DNA of 63,706 nt, filler included, from Octopus bimaculoides (Eukaryota): assembly GCF_001194135.2 (NCBI RefSeq). It is 5 parts of 5 records of this genome, joined end to end, with 100 filler letters (N's around TTAATTAATTAA, not from the genome) between each part and the next. Parts side by side here need not be neighbours in the genome. Positions count along the whole stretch, not along the records: positions 10,050 to 40,606 come from NC_068991.1; 4 more parts are not named here. One strand, written 5' to 3'. Position 1 is the first letter of the stretch; every line of letters begins with the position of its first letter. The notes beneath the pieces are model-generated. The model was not told the DNA's origin. It did not search any database and saw only the letters and a list, made by a program, of their open reading frames with translations. The translations under genes were made by a program, and so were the position numbers. Positions 11,196-24,609 of this stretch are shown piece by piece.

Positions 11196-11490
11196 ACTCC
11201 CCGTCGGTTACGACGACGAGGGTTCTAGCTGATCTAATGAACAGAACAGCCTGCTCATGAAATTAACCTGCAAGTGACTGAGCAATCCACAGGCACGCGT
11301 ACCCTTAACGTAGTTCTCAGAGAATTTAGTGTGACACAGAATGCGGCAAGGCTGGCTCTTTGAATTATAGGTACTACTCATTTTGCTAGCTGAATTGACT
11401 GGAGCAATGATACAACGCGCAGCTCAGAATTGAACTTACAACCTTACGATCGTGAGCCGAATACCCTAACCACTAAGCCACGCACCTAAA
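11196..11490 (-). mobile_element. SINE family D, diverged copy
   Basis: Aligns by eye to 4329-4705 with an internal deletion. Confidence 0.75.
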
Positions 11491-12882
11491 ATATGGGGAG
11501 GTAAGAGGATAGTCGATTACTTCAAATTCGGTGCTCAAATGGTTTTCATGTCATTTGAACTCAGAACATAATATCAGAAGTACCGTTAAGCATTTTGTCT
11601 GTTGCGGTTACGATTCTGCCAGCTTGCTGTTTTTCACAAGCCTCATAATAAGCCTTATATCCGCTATTAATATTATCAGAAGATTCTAAGACGGCATGCA
11701 AAATGCTTAGCGGCAATTCGTTCGTCTTTACGTTCTGAGTTCAAATTCCACCGAGGTCGACTTTGCCTTTCATCTTTTCGGAGTCGATTAAATAAGACCC
11801 AGTTGAACACTGGGATCGATGTAGCCAACTTACCCCTCCCTTAAATTGGTGGCGTTGTGCCAAAATTTGAAACCATTGTTATTATTATTATTGATAATGT
11901 TGTTACTGTTGTTATTTAGTAGTTGTGCTGGTGGAAATAATAAAAGTCGTCAAATTTAAAACCTTTAAGTATTTAGTTGTCTCTTTAGAACCCGAATTCA
12001 CATCTCACCAGAGCAAATGTTTACTTTCATTCAGGTTTGTTTAATAAAACTAGATAATATACAGCTGGTTTGCAGCTTGTATCTAAGGGCTACAAACCCG
12101 CCATCGCCGTCTCCTCTTTCTCCTCCTCATCATTATGATGGTTATTGTTATTGCCATTTTTAGTGTGTTCCATTTTCTTTGTGGTCGTGTTCTTCTTTCT
12201 TTGTAACTCTGAACTCTAGACATCAGAACATTGTTGTAATAATCAGTTTTGGCTATTGGCTATGTTCTCAGAACCACCTATACCTTTCTAATTATTTCTC
12301 TGTGTGTGTGTGCATTTTATGTTGTGTGTGTGAGTATGCGTGTATTAACACTGTGTGTTTAACAGTCTCTCTGTGTCTCTCTGGCCGAATGCTTAAAAAG
12401 TAAGCATTACAACTATGCCGTTGCTGTTTCAATTCCACTGAGTAGAGCATCAGGCATGTACCTTTTACCACCGTTTCGAACCGATGGAAACTGCAGTTTG
12501 ATTCACGTCGGAATATCTTTGGATATAAACTATGGAGACCGCCTTGTGGCATTCAGTGACTATCTCGCTTATTCTGCCTGAGAATACAAATAACAGTTCT
12601 AGTGTATGAGAAATACACAACTACTTTCTTTATAAGACAACGTGTAAATTGGACCAACATGAGATTATATGAGCGAATAAAAAATCCTCCACGCAATCGC
12701 TCACCCATCTACAAATAAGAGTAAAGATTGTTTGCCAACATAACATGGCAGTCCTGGTTTAGGACGAATGTTACTGTAATTTAGCCCAGGAGACATCGTC
12801 TCCAGCTGGCTATACGACACGATCTGTGTCCTTATATTTTCGAAAAAGGGAATCTAGCACCCCCGCTCAGCTCAAAACAATA

Positions 12883-12927
12883 TCTGTGTATCGTGATTTC
12901 CAGGTTATTTTCCTTCATCAGCACAGA
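12883..12927 (-). ncRNA. Minimal type I hammerhead-ribozyme-like motif
   Basis: Minus strand: TCTGTG-CTGATGA-AGG(AAAATAA)CCT-G-GAAA-TCACGAT-A-CACAGA; 6-bp helix I, 3-bp helix II, near-palindromic helix III. Confidence 0.6.
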
Positions 12928-13179
12928 ATAATTGTTCTGCTAGAGGTGAATCTTTTATTAGGATAATCAATATCGTACATAGAGGGGACAACACAATACA
13001 TGTGGGGACATATAACAATTAAAATAAAATTATGAAAATATGAATGATACATGATAATGATATATGAAGAATGTGCAACTTACCCCACCTCAGCAGCGTC
13101 ATTATCGTTCTTTCATATCCAATTAAATTTAATGCCGTATAGGCCCAGTAATTTATCATAATCTATAATATGTTGACTT

Positions 13180-14760
13180 TTTTAATTTCAAAGAGAGGAT
13201 ACAACCGGCAGCCTGAAAGGCCCAGCGACTTTCCTTTCTTTTTCCAATGTTGATTAAGTCGGGTTACTAGCACCCGCCTTTCTCATCACAGCCTTCCATC
13301 GTTTCTCGAACATACTTCGCGACAGGAGTCTCCTCTCCAGCCCTATCTTGTTCTTCAGATGGTATCTGAAGTAAAATAGCAAACCAGGGCTGGAGATGAA
13401 GGATCCCGTCACGAATCCTTGCATTCTAGTCCTCAAAACACACTCTTTCAACACTGCAACTGTACAGAGAAAACATGCCTCACCTTCCTTTGAGAGTCCA
13501 GTTGGCGGTACAATCTTTATTATAGACTCAGCCAATAGCTGTACTCTCCCGAGATGTGACAACACGTGTTCTGCGTAAATTATCAAGCTTGACAGCTCCC
13601 GACATTGTACAAAAGCGTGCTGGACGGTTTCCTCGTCCAGCCCACATCTTGGACATGTTGGTGGCACTGACATTCTGTGCTTGGATAACTTCTCACGAAC
13701 AGGTAAACCGTTCCTGTAACACTGCCAGGTCAGGAATTTTTAGTAATTATCCAAATACCCTGGCCTGAAAGATTTTCGAAACAGGTTGGCAATTTGGTTC
13801 TCGTCGAACCCCAGAGGCCCTCCTAGGATGTCATGGTTTTTACACTCGACCAGCCCTTTGCATAACACCGAGGTGGTATTCCCACTGCTGGCCTTGCCCG
13901 TCTTCTGGATAAGCACGAGTGTCTGTCGACACTCCTTTTGCCATACAGTCAGGTTACGTCTTTTAATGAAACCGGGTTCGAATCTCTTCAAGGAGACTGG
14001 TCGCAGAAAGAATTCCTCTGCCAGCGAATCCGACACCTTATCACCTTCCAGGTAGCGCCAGAGATATCTCAGCCTCAACGCATGTCTGCGCATCATTAGC
14101 CAGGGCATCCCTAACCCACCATTTAACGGTTCCTGGCAGCAAACGGAGCACTTCACAAGTGGCTTTCCTCTCTTCCACAAAAAGCAGAAAAGGAGGCGTT
14201 CCAACTTGTTTAGCCACGAATCGGGGCAAGGGACAATGGTCAGGTGGTAGGTGATTACAGATGCAATAAACACCTGTACCACCTCCGCCCTTCCTTTCAA
14301 GGACAGTGCCCTTCCGGACCAAGTCCGGATTAGAGCCTCCACCTTGTTTGCCACCTCACTCCAATTTTTCTCCGTCTGGGAGTCCGGTCCAAACCAAACT
14401 CCAAGTAACTTAACAGGACAATCTGTCCAGTGATCCACGACACTGGACGATATCGACTTGTTCCTCCAGTTGCCGAGGCGCAAGCCGATGGACTTGTCCT
14501 TGTTAACTTTTGCCCCTGCCACTGCCTCGTATCCTTTGATAGCCTCCTCTGCACAAGATAGCTGCGCTTCATTGGACACGATTAAGGTGACGTCATCCGC
14601 GTAAGCAGAAACCGACTTACCGCATCCAATTTCATTAGGGTTGCCTCTCAACTTCTCCAGCTTCCGCAGCAATGGCACAAGAGCCAACACGTACAGAAGC
14701 GGAGACAGGAGACACCCTTGACGAACTGAGCGCTTGATAGAAAACATTTGTATCGGAGGA
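13180..14760 (-). mobile_element. L1/Tx1-clade LINE, 3' half of ORF2 (RT plus C-terminal Cys/His region), decayed
   Basis: SVRQGCLLSPLLYVLAL, AYADDVTLIV, VKLLGVWFG; CPRCGLDEETVQHAFVQC; A-rich 3' end near 13180. Confidence 0.9.
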
Positions 14761-14779
14761 GGCAGCAAGGAAATACGTC

Positions 14780-15480
14780 AATAAGGCGTTAAACTGCAGG
14801 AAATTGGATGCTCTTTCCCACTCAGCTGGGAAGACGTCCAACGAGGATTAGTGTGGGTAGGATCCCGCCGAAAATAGAGCCGGAATGGGTAATAGCAGCA
14901 ATTTTTTTCTGGAACAAAAGAAGAAGAAGCAAGGGCAGTTACGATAACCAGAACCCAACAAATAAATTGATGGGGGTTTGATTTGGAGGTGGTTTTCACG
15001 GCAAGTCAGACAGTATATGATACTATACCGGAGACACTGGAACTGCCAAACGAGGACAAACTGGATATAATGTTGGAAGGGAGACCTCCAAAGTACTATG
15101 GATGTGGCAAAAGAGGTCACATTAGAAGAAGGTGCCAAGAAATAATGGAAAACATAGAAATGGAAACGCAAGGCGTGATAGAGGAGAGGAAACAGACACA
15201 GGAAGAGGAAGAGGGAGCTGATTTTGAGGAAGCTAAGTCAAGGAAGAGAGAAAGGAGGGGCTCATCGCCGAAAGTTGAACAAGGAAAGAAATATAAATCA
15301 CAGGATCAAGTAGGATCACTGAGGAAAGAGGATAAAAGCAGAACATCACCAAATAAACATACAAACTCACAATCGTACAAACAGGCAGATTCACAGACGC
15401 ATAAACACACAGACATACAACTACACATTGATTGTCCCTGCATGTATGTATTGTCCCACATATGTTTAACCCCTTGTGGG
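14780..15480 (+). mobile_element. LINE ORF1 (gag-like, zinc-knuckle remnant) fragment, inverted relative to its neighbours
   Basis: IPETLELPNEDKLDIMLEGRPPKYYGCGKRGHIRRRC; homologous to the minus-strand copy at 15500-16900. Confidence 0.75.
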
Positions 15481-15499
15481 TAGATAAAAAAATGTCTTT

Positions 15500-16900
15500 A
15501 AAATAAATCACGACTTACCACTTTATCTTCTCCCCCTCGTCTACATAACTTATCACTGAGGCGTGAGGCTCAACATCTACCTCCGGCCTCAGTGGGTTCA
15601 CTCTTTCATAATATTTTTAAATTTTGAAATTCTTTTAACTTTGGGGTGTCTTATATTTCACAATAAATCTTATTTCTGTTTTTGTTTTGTATGTAGGCGC
15701 TTTTTGTCTCTGTATTTCTGCAGTTTTTGGCTTTCCTTTGATTGTATTTGTGTGTCTGTGAGTTCGTTTGACTGTAATTCTGCGTGTTTCCTCTGTGTGT
15801 CTATGTCTTTAAGTTTCCGTAATTCTGAGTTATCTTGTTTCTGTTCGTCTATACTTCTCTGCTTTTGCATGTCCGTGTGTTTGAGTGTCTGTGGGTCTGA
15901 ATGTTTCTGTACTTGTAAGTTCTTTACTAGTGATCCTACTGGTAAATCTTCCCCGTTTCTAGTCGTAGGTTGGGTTACCTCTTCCATTGCTTTGTACTTC
16001 TATCGTTGGTGATTTCCTCCTCTCTCTTTTTCTTACTTTCACTTCTGCAAATTTCCCGTCTTGTTCTGTTCTCTGTTTCTGCTGTTTTTCTACCATTATA
16101 TTCTCCTGAATACTCTCTTCTACAATTTCCACTGCTGCTCTAAGGCATTTCTTTCTCAAGTGCCCTCTTTCACCACATTCGTAACACTTTGGGGGTCACC
16201 CCTCCAACATTATCTCCAGCTTTTCTTCGTTTGGTAGCTCTAAAGTTTCAGGTATTTCGTTGTAACATTTCGGGCTCACTGTACAGATTATCTCTAATCC
16301 GTAGCCCCATCACTTCACTTGTTGGGTTCGGTTTATCATGCCCAACTTCACGTCTTCGCTTTCCTTCCTCATATCCGAATAAAAAATTGCGGCTATTATC
16401 CACTCTGTGCCTATCCACGGAGGGATTCTTCCCACCCTAATTCTGACAATTCTTTTGTCGAAACAGTTTGGCATCGAAATCCATTTTTCTTCCTGTATCG
16501 GCTTGTTTGGGGTTTTTTCCGCCTTCTCTTCTGATATAAAGGTTGCCACTCGTAAAGAACGCTATACTGTCTCCTAGATGTTCTTCCAAAATTTATTCTA
16601 TTTCATCCTGCAGCGCGTGTTCAATTCTATTTTTATTTGAAAATGTTCTGAATATGACCGTCTTCTTTTCCATTTTCACTTTTTCCTCCTCTGGCAGAGT
16701 CATTTTTATATTTGTCCCTTCCTTCTCTACCATACTACTATATTTCTTTATCAGCTCCCCATTCCACTGTAACATCTGTTTCAGCGCACGTGGGTCTAGA
16801 GGGAATCGATCTCCAGTAGCTTCTGCATAACTTCTCATTTTTCTCAGTTATTCACCACCACCCAACAATGGTGGCTTCGCACAAAAAATTTGGCTAGAGT
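15500..16900 (-). mobile_element. LINE ORF1 (gag-like) copy with frameshifts
   Basis: RIRVGRIPPWIGTEWIIAAIF...IPETLELPNEEKLEIMLEG, then a frameshifted CYECGGK zinc knuckle. Confidence 0.75.
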
Positions 16901-17003
16901 TCTTCAAAAAACAACAAAAAAATTGTTCGGGTAGAGGTGGCGCTGCCAAATTCCCTTTCGAAATCTATAGTTTTCACAGTGACAACTAGTCACTGGTCTA
17001 TAA

Positions 17004-17260
17004 ATTAGAAAATTACTATTTTTAAATCTCACAACGAGAGATATTCAGCAACAGTACTTTGGAGTAAATATTGTTTGCCAACATAAGATGGCAGTCCTGG
17101 TTTAGGACGAATGCTGCTGTAATTTAGCCCCAGGAGACGTCGTCTCCAGCTGGCTATACGACACGATCTGTGTTCTTATATTTTCGAACAAGGGAATCTG
17201 ATCAAAGTACTGTTGCTGAATATCTCTCGTTGTAAGATTTAAAAATAGTAATTTTCTAAT
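17004..17260. mobile_element. Foldback/MITE-like element with 58-bp terminal inverted repeats
   Basis: 17004-17061 vs 17203-17260, one mismatch; the core matches 12721-12855. Confidence 0.75.
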
Positions 17261-17444
17261 CATCCACGAATAGTCACTAAATCTATTGTCTGGCTTTAAA
17301 ATGGAAGCACACATTGGACGATATGGTCCTACATATCTAAAATCAAGGAAAGTATGGTCACGGCGAGAACGGTTTTCATTTTAGGTTTCTTTGGCCAGGG
17401 ATGACCCAGAGGTAAACAACAAGAATAATAAAATAGGTGACTAT

Positions 17445-17660
17445 AAGGCGATGAGCTTGCAGAATCGTTAGTATACCTGGCAAAAGGCTTAGCGGCGTTT
17501 CGTCCGTCTGTACGTTTTGAGTTCAAATTCCTCCGGGATTGACTTTGCCTTTCATCATTTTGGGGTCGAAAAAATAAGTACCAGTTGAGTACTGGGATCA
17601 ATGAAATCGACTAATCTCCTCCTCCGAAATTAATGGCCTTGTTCCAAAATTTGAAACCAA
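17445..17660 (+). mobile_element. SINE family B
   Basis: gagcttgcagaatcgttag...gagttcaaattc...gactttgcctttcatcattttggggtcgaaaaaataagtaccag. Confidence 0.8.
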
Positions 17661-17819
17661 AAATTATTTTATGACTATGTTGAAACGGTCGGTCAGTTGA
17701 CTATGTCTAGCACTCAGCAATCTCATAGTGCAATCCATTACGTAGGAGCCATTTTGTACTACCTGCAAATCTGTCAGTGAAGTTATTTAACTGGATATTT
17801 GATTTTCTGCGTAAACTTT

Positions 17820-18250
17820 GTTTTGGTAGGTGTTGAACAACCTGACAGTGATGCTGTGTTTTGTTGATTCGAAATAGGTATTTGACTCATTGCATAGAGA
17901 CGGGATTGTGGAAATAGTTAAGACCTACCCCGGACAATAAGACCTATGTGTCTGCGTCGAAGTGCCAAAGCAGTGATACTTGACAGCAAAAGCGGGAAGT
18001 TGCTATTCTAACGAGAGTATCGAAAGTAGACACTTTTGACTCTTTCCACCGTCTTATGACCCTGGATTACGCAGGTCAACTATCAATGAATAGGAGGAGG
18101 AACTTGCATTTACTATTATAGCTCAGAGGTTAGACGATTGCTTCTTGTTCTATGTGGATGCTGTCAGATCCCATGGAACAAGTACAAGAGGTTTTGAATA
18201 AGATGTACCAAGGTTCATTTTCGGTTAAATGCCATGAAAACCAAGGTCAT
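17820..18250 (+). mobile_element. Highly decayed LINE RT fragment (RTE-like)
   Basis: LCFVDSK*.FDSLHRDGIVEIVKTY resembles the FVDFEKAFDSI motif. Confidence 0.45.
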
Positions 18251-18349
18251 GATCTATCGATGAAATCAAGTACCAGCCAAATATTACGAGAGATATAATC
18301 GACTTGCCCCTCCCCTCCAAATTGTGAACCATGTGTCAGAATTAGAGTT

Positions 18350-18459
18350 ATGACATTGTTGTTGTTGTTATGGTGTTACTGTTGATGTTGCTGTTATTGT
18401 TGTTATTATTGATGTTGTTGATGTTATTGATGTTGATGTTGATATTGCTATTTGAAATC

Positions 18460-18491
<32 letters not shown>

Positions 18492-18901
18492 AGCTGCTGC
18501 AGAACTTGTTTTTGCTTCTCCGGTTGTTGTTTTTTTTTCCCTTGTTGTTGCTGCTACTGCTACTGCTGTCGTTGTTGTTGTTGCTGTTTGGAACATTACA
18601 CATCGTTCAAACTTATTGGTATCTTTTTCATTCTTTTTGTTTCTGCTCGCGTGCAAACACATTCCAATACAGACATTGTCACAATATGGCGGAGTAGCAG
18701 ATACAGAAAGGAAAGAAGAAGCCAAAAGAATTCAGCGCAGTTTGTGTTATAGTCAAATATGTCTGCTTTATCTATTTTACTATGGCTTGCTGATAGAACT
18801 GACTTAGTGACGTAGAAAGATAGAGAAACAGCGACAGGAAGAAGGAAAGAAGCTGAAGAGAGAGAAAGAGAACGAGATGAAGTGAGGGCTAGAGGGTGAG
18901 A

Positions 18902-18981
<80 letters not shown>

Positions 18982-19417
18982 AAGAGTGATACTATGCCAT
19001 CTTAGCTTAATGACGTCGATGCAAGATCCTTTAATTCGATTTAAAACTGCAGCAACATCACCGCCGCCGCCACCACCACCACCACCACCACAACCACCAC
19101 CAGAACCACCATCATCATTATCATTACTCCCATCATCATCATCACCAACAACAGCAATGTCAACGTTAAAAGGAAACATCTTCCTCAACAGCAGCAACGC
19201 CAACAAACCAACATTGACTTCATCAGAACATTGATGATGATGATGATGATGATGGTGAAGATAATGGTGATGGTGGTGTTTGTGGTGGTGTTTGTGGTGT
19301 TGTTTGTGGTGGTGTTTGTGGTGGTGTTTGTGGTGATGGCGGTGATGATGATGAGGATGATGATGTTGATGATAAGTATTATAATGGTAATTATGATTAT
19401 AATTATAATTATAATCC

Positions 19418-19448
<31 letters not shown>

Positions 19449-19579
19449 GATCATGATGATGACAATGAGGATGATGATCATGATGATCATGATGAAGACG
19501 ATAATGACGCTGATGATGATAAGTATTATGATGATAATAATTACTGTTGTTGTTATTATTATTATTGTTATTATTATTA

Positions 19580-19616
<37 letters not shown>

Positions 19617-20230
19617 GATGATGACGATTTTCAAAATCATCATCATCGTCATCATCATCATCATCATCATCATTAGATAAAAAAAAACAGCAACGTCAAC
19701 TTCAACACCAAATCACTCATACCACTACCACCAATACCACCACCACCACCACCACCACCATCGCTACAAACACTGTACCACCAGCACCCTTATCACTAAC
19801 AAAAACAAACAAAAAAAAAGACACTGCTGGCAGCAGCAGCAGCTGCAACGGCAAAAACGCAAACAACAATATGAAAGAACATCAAGAAAGACTAACGCCA
19901 ACAACAGCAAAATCAATAGCTCCTCTCCCAATGTCACATCACTGCAACCTCTACCGCCATTGCAACAACAACAACAACAACAACAACAACAACGACAGAA
20001 ACTATGCCACCATTATCATCATCCTCCTCATCATCGTTGTCACCGTCGTCGTCGTCATTATCATCATCATCATACCACAACGACAGCGACGACGGCACCA
20101 ACGACGATGATGTCGTGTAAAAATTGGAACATCTTGAGAAATAATTATACCAACATGAAAACCAATAACAGTCGTCACCTCCAGATTTAAGATTATAACA
20201 ACGATGACGACGACGACGACGACAGCAACA

Positions 20231-20274
<44 letters not shown>

Positions 20275-20422
20275 CGCCGCCGCCGCCGCTGCTGCTGCTG
20301 CTACTACTACTACTACTACTACTACTACTGCTACTNNNNNNNNNNTACTACTACTACTACTACCGCCGCCGCCGCCGCTGCTGCTGCTGCTACTACTACT
20401 ACTACTACTACTACTACTGCTA

Positions 20423-20459
<37 letters not shown>

Positions 20460-20640
20460 ATTGCCGTCGCAGCTGCTGGATAACTATTTGCAAGCAAACA
20501 ACGCACTGTAACTATAATAGTACGATCATCATCATCATCGCGGTCGTTATAGCCATCGTCGTCATCATCATCATCATCATCATCATAATTGTCGTCGTCG
20601 TCATCGTCGTCGCCACCACCACCATGGCGTGTTGGTTATA
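18350..20640. repeat. Compound microsatellite cluster: (GTT), (GCT), (AG), (ACC), (ATG), (ATT), (AAC), (ACT)
   Basis: Direct reading; explains the homopolymeric ORFs in the track. Confidence 0.95.
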
Positions 20641-23259
20641 ACTGAACTGTCTTTGATCAAAGGTTTGTTCAGTCAGGGTTAACCTGGAATTAAACAACAA
20701 CAATATCCCCACAGTCATCATCAGCAGCAGCAACAGCATCAACTGCATCGCCTCGTCAACAACAAGTGCAACGAATGCAACCAACCCCACCATCACCTCT
20801 TCTTCCTCCTTCTGAACTAGGTGGAAACTCGATTTGCAAGGAAGAGCAGTGAAAATTTCCCTGAAATCATATCCTTTACACTTTGAAAAAAGGAAGGACG
20901 CAAGACATAATACAGTCCAGGTACACATAAAGATACACTGCTAGAATGACTTTGATTACAAACCTGTAGACAAATATTCCTCAAATAAAATTCTATTGTC
21001 TTTGAAAAAGAAAGGTTAAAATGCAAAATAGGTAACTAGATATAATTTTCATCGGATTCAGAAAACGGTATAGATGTGGAAATGTAAAAATCTGACATGC
21101 TATAAAATGTATAGCTTTCATCAACAATTTGTTATACATTAATTGAGTGATATTCAACCATTAGAGTTAACTGAAAATGAGCATGTTGATATTTACACTT
21201 GATGAAACTTTTGAATGTTTACGTTAATGCTTGAGGTTTTGTGTATCTATAATACATTAAAAGTCAGCTTGAATCTTGCTTGCTTGCTTGCAATGTTACC
21301 CAGCCAAACTGGCGCATAATGGGAAAATACTATAAATAAGTATCCCCTGAAATGTTAATACGAACGGAATGAAACAAGTTTCGAGTAAATCGGACAAGTA
21401 GTTTTTGAGATAGACGTTTTCGGGGGTATAAATACCCAAAATGGTGCATAATGGAAAATATTCCAAAAATAACTTAATCCTGAAAGGGAAGAAACTCTTA
21501 CCTTTCGATTAGACACAATGACTTGACAACGGAAAAATGCAATTTGTTTTTTACAGTAAATGTTTCTATTTGCGCTTTTGTTAAACACATTATTTCAGTC
21601 ATTCAGAAATATTTTTAATTGAATGGGATTTCAAAAATGTAAGTTGTTTGTACAGTAAGTATTTATATTTTATCTTTCTTTAAACAAACAATATTTTTTA
21701 TGCTTTTTAAAACTATTTTCAAGTGAATACTATTACAAATTTTTTTCTGGCATATTTAAAAAATATTTTAAAGTGAAAATGATTTAAAAACACAGTAAAT
21801 ATTTCGTAAAAGACCCGTTCGTAACCTCGGTGTGAATTTTTCCATCGTTTTTTTTTCGAGTGCATTCAACGTATCTTACCTCCAAAGATTAGGCTGCTAT
21901 TTCTAGCACGCCCTGCTACCATGTAACAGCTATTTGCAATAAAGGATCCGAAATACTGTTATATGGTAGCAGTGCGTGCAAGAAATAGCAGCCAAATATT
22001 TCCTTTTCTGAGGAAAGGTGCCGTTTACGCGTGATTTCGATGTCACATTCATTGAAAGCGTGCGAAATAACCTGGAAAAAAATCCACGAAACAAAACTCC
22101 GTTGCTGGGAAACTCAGACTTTCCTGGTGACCCAGCGAGCCATGGTTACTCTAGTATTTAAAATAAAATAAAAGAAAAATTCTCTGTAATATATAAGCTG
22201 ACAGTCTTGGAATCATTAGTTTGCGGTTTGTTTTGCTTCAGAATATCTGCAAGTATGTTAAAAGGATTAATTCCAGTGTCTTTTAAGTTCCATATGTATC
22301 TCGCAATGGCAGTTCCGTTCTACTCTTCGTTGTAAAATGATGAAATATTGATGTAGAAGTGTATGTGAAAGCTCCCTCAGTCATGCCTATGTAATGTTTG
22401 TAGTAATATTATTATTAAATTTCCGTGTAAATTTATATATGTTCATATTACATTGCACATATATATACATTGTACATATATTACATCTCACATGTATATG
22501 TGAGCGTACTTTTACATGATCACTCACATACACACACATATATACATATGCATATATATATGATAATTTTGTAGATATATATATATATATACATATACTT
22601 ATATATGCGTCGTGTGTATAAATCAGATACATTACTGAAAATTTCATCATACGCATTCCATGGGACTGCTATGTCAGAAACGAAAATTACAGCTAAAACA
22701 TTTGCTGGCCATATTAAATGAATCAGAAATAATACCGATGAAAATTCAAAGAAAATATTTCTGATAAATCGTCAACGTGAGATTAGATTTCCACAACAAT
22801 CTCTATAGCTCTATGGCTTTCACATACAAATTGTCAAACAAGAGAGTGCCTTCGTGTTCATTCGTTCTGTTAGAATTTCTTTCAAACCACATCCTTCTAC
22901 ATTAAAGAAAGATGTAATTCTAAATACACTGTATCTGGAAAAATGGAATAAGATGTGATAGTCACAGATGAAAATGATATTTAATCATAGGTCTGCTTGA
23001 TCAGAGCTCACTTCGGACTCAATGATAACAACAATAATCTACCGCATTAGACGTGTTTTATTTTTGTTTTTAATTAAACAATATATTGATATGCATCTAT
23101 TACGGCAGTATTATGGTTTGGAGGCCGAGTGTTTTAGGCTTGGGAGCTGGGTAAGCATACGTCTACTATGCACAATAAATCTTTCTAATAATGAAATATT
23201 CAAAACAAGCCAAGAATATAAATCTGTACAAACACACGAAAAATTGCTTACAATAGGTG

Positions 23260-23600
23260 TAGGCGTGGCAGTGTGATAAGAAGCTTTCCTTCCCAACCAC
23301 ATAATACCGGATTCAGTTTTACAGCGTGTCACTTCGGACAAGTGTCTTCTACTATAGCCTCAGGCCGACCAAAGCCTTGTGAGTGGATTTGGTAGATGAA
23401 AACTTGAAAGAAGCCCGTCGCATGTGTGTGTGTGTGAGAGTCTGTGTCTTTGAGTCTGTGTTTGTCCCTTCACTACCTCCGTAACTTTGTGGTTCGGCAA
23501 AAGTAACCAATAGAATAAGTACTAAGCTTTAAAAAAAATAAGCCCTGGGGTCGATTCATACGACTAAAATCCTTTAATGCAGTGCTCCAGCATGACTACA
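23260..23600. mobile_element. SINE family A (+) followed by a family C (-) copy
   Basis: Family A body at 23260-23420, then (GT)n and a reverse family C copy to about 23600. Confidence 0.7.
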
Positions 23601-24609
23601 GTCGATAGTTATGTGGAGAGGACACATTGTCTCATTCTATGTCTATTCCTAGCATACATAAGCTGCACATGATATTTGTCTTACGTTACTTAATCCGTTA
23701 CCTTTAAGAAACATTTTTAATAATCAAAAACTTTTAGAAAGGCGAGCGGATGACAACAAAATCATAGCGGTGGCGCAGTACTCTGGTGGCCAATCATATC
23801 CAAAAATATATACGGCAATTATCTTGACCTAAATATAAACAATTATGCAGTTGATCTAAGAGAAGATAAAATTTTAATACAGTACTCATATAACGTAGTT
23901 AATTTATGATAAATTTATCGTTTCATACTTTATTCCAGTATACTACCACGGTATTGTATTTATATGCGCAGAATCATACACATTCCCCTATAAAACCTCT
24001 TTATAACACATTTTAAATTGTGTATGATAAAACGTATTAAATATGTTATAATAGGGATGCGCCTTATGCAAGAGTGCGTCTTATACGTTGGCAAATGCGG
24101 TAATCATATTGCATATTCAATGACATAGTCTTTTATTGATCGTACGATCCATCCGTTAGAAATAACAACCAAACTTCCTAAATTAATATTCAATCACCAT
24201 AAAGAAAGTAGAACATATTGGATAATAGTACTGAAGATTTACTATGCTTGAAATGTTACGAACTCAGAATATGGAGGTATATATCTGAATGTTGTAGCAC
24301 ATTTAGAGAGATGTTCGCTACTATCTCTGGCCGTCGGCAAAATTTGCCGCCAAATATATATAATTTTATTTACTTATTTATTTATTTATTTTGCAATATT
24401 TTTCTCAAAGACGTGGATCAATGGAACGAAAATCAATGGACGTAACTAATTTTTTGGAGACGTGGTCGGTTCAGTGAGTATATTAAACTGAACAATAACA
24501 AAACACCGAAAGAGCAAGCAATTTACAAGTTTCCTAAAAATTTGAGGATTAGAATAAAACACGTCACTCTTGGACAGAACAAAGTATGATGATGATGATG
24601 ATGATGATG

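Noticed and set aside
20694-20850. Plausible-looking peptide ISPQSSSAAATASTASPRQQQVQRMQPTPPSPLLPPSELGGNSICKEEQ*
   Set aside because: There is an in-frame TAA at 20691, no acceptor AG before the peptide, and it is adjacent to microsatellites.
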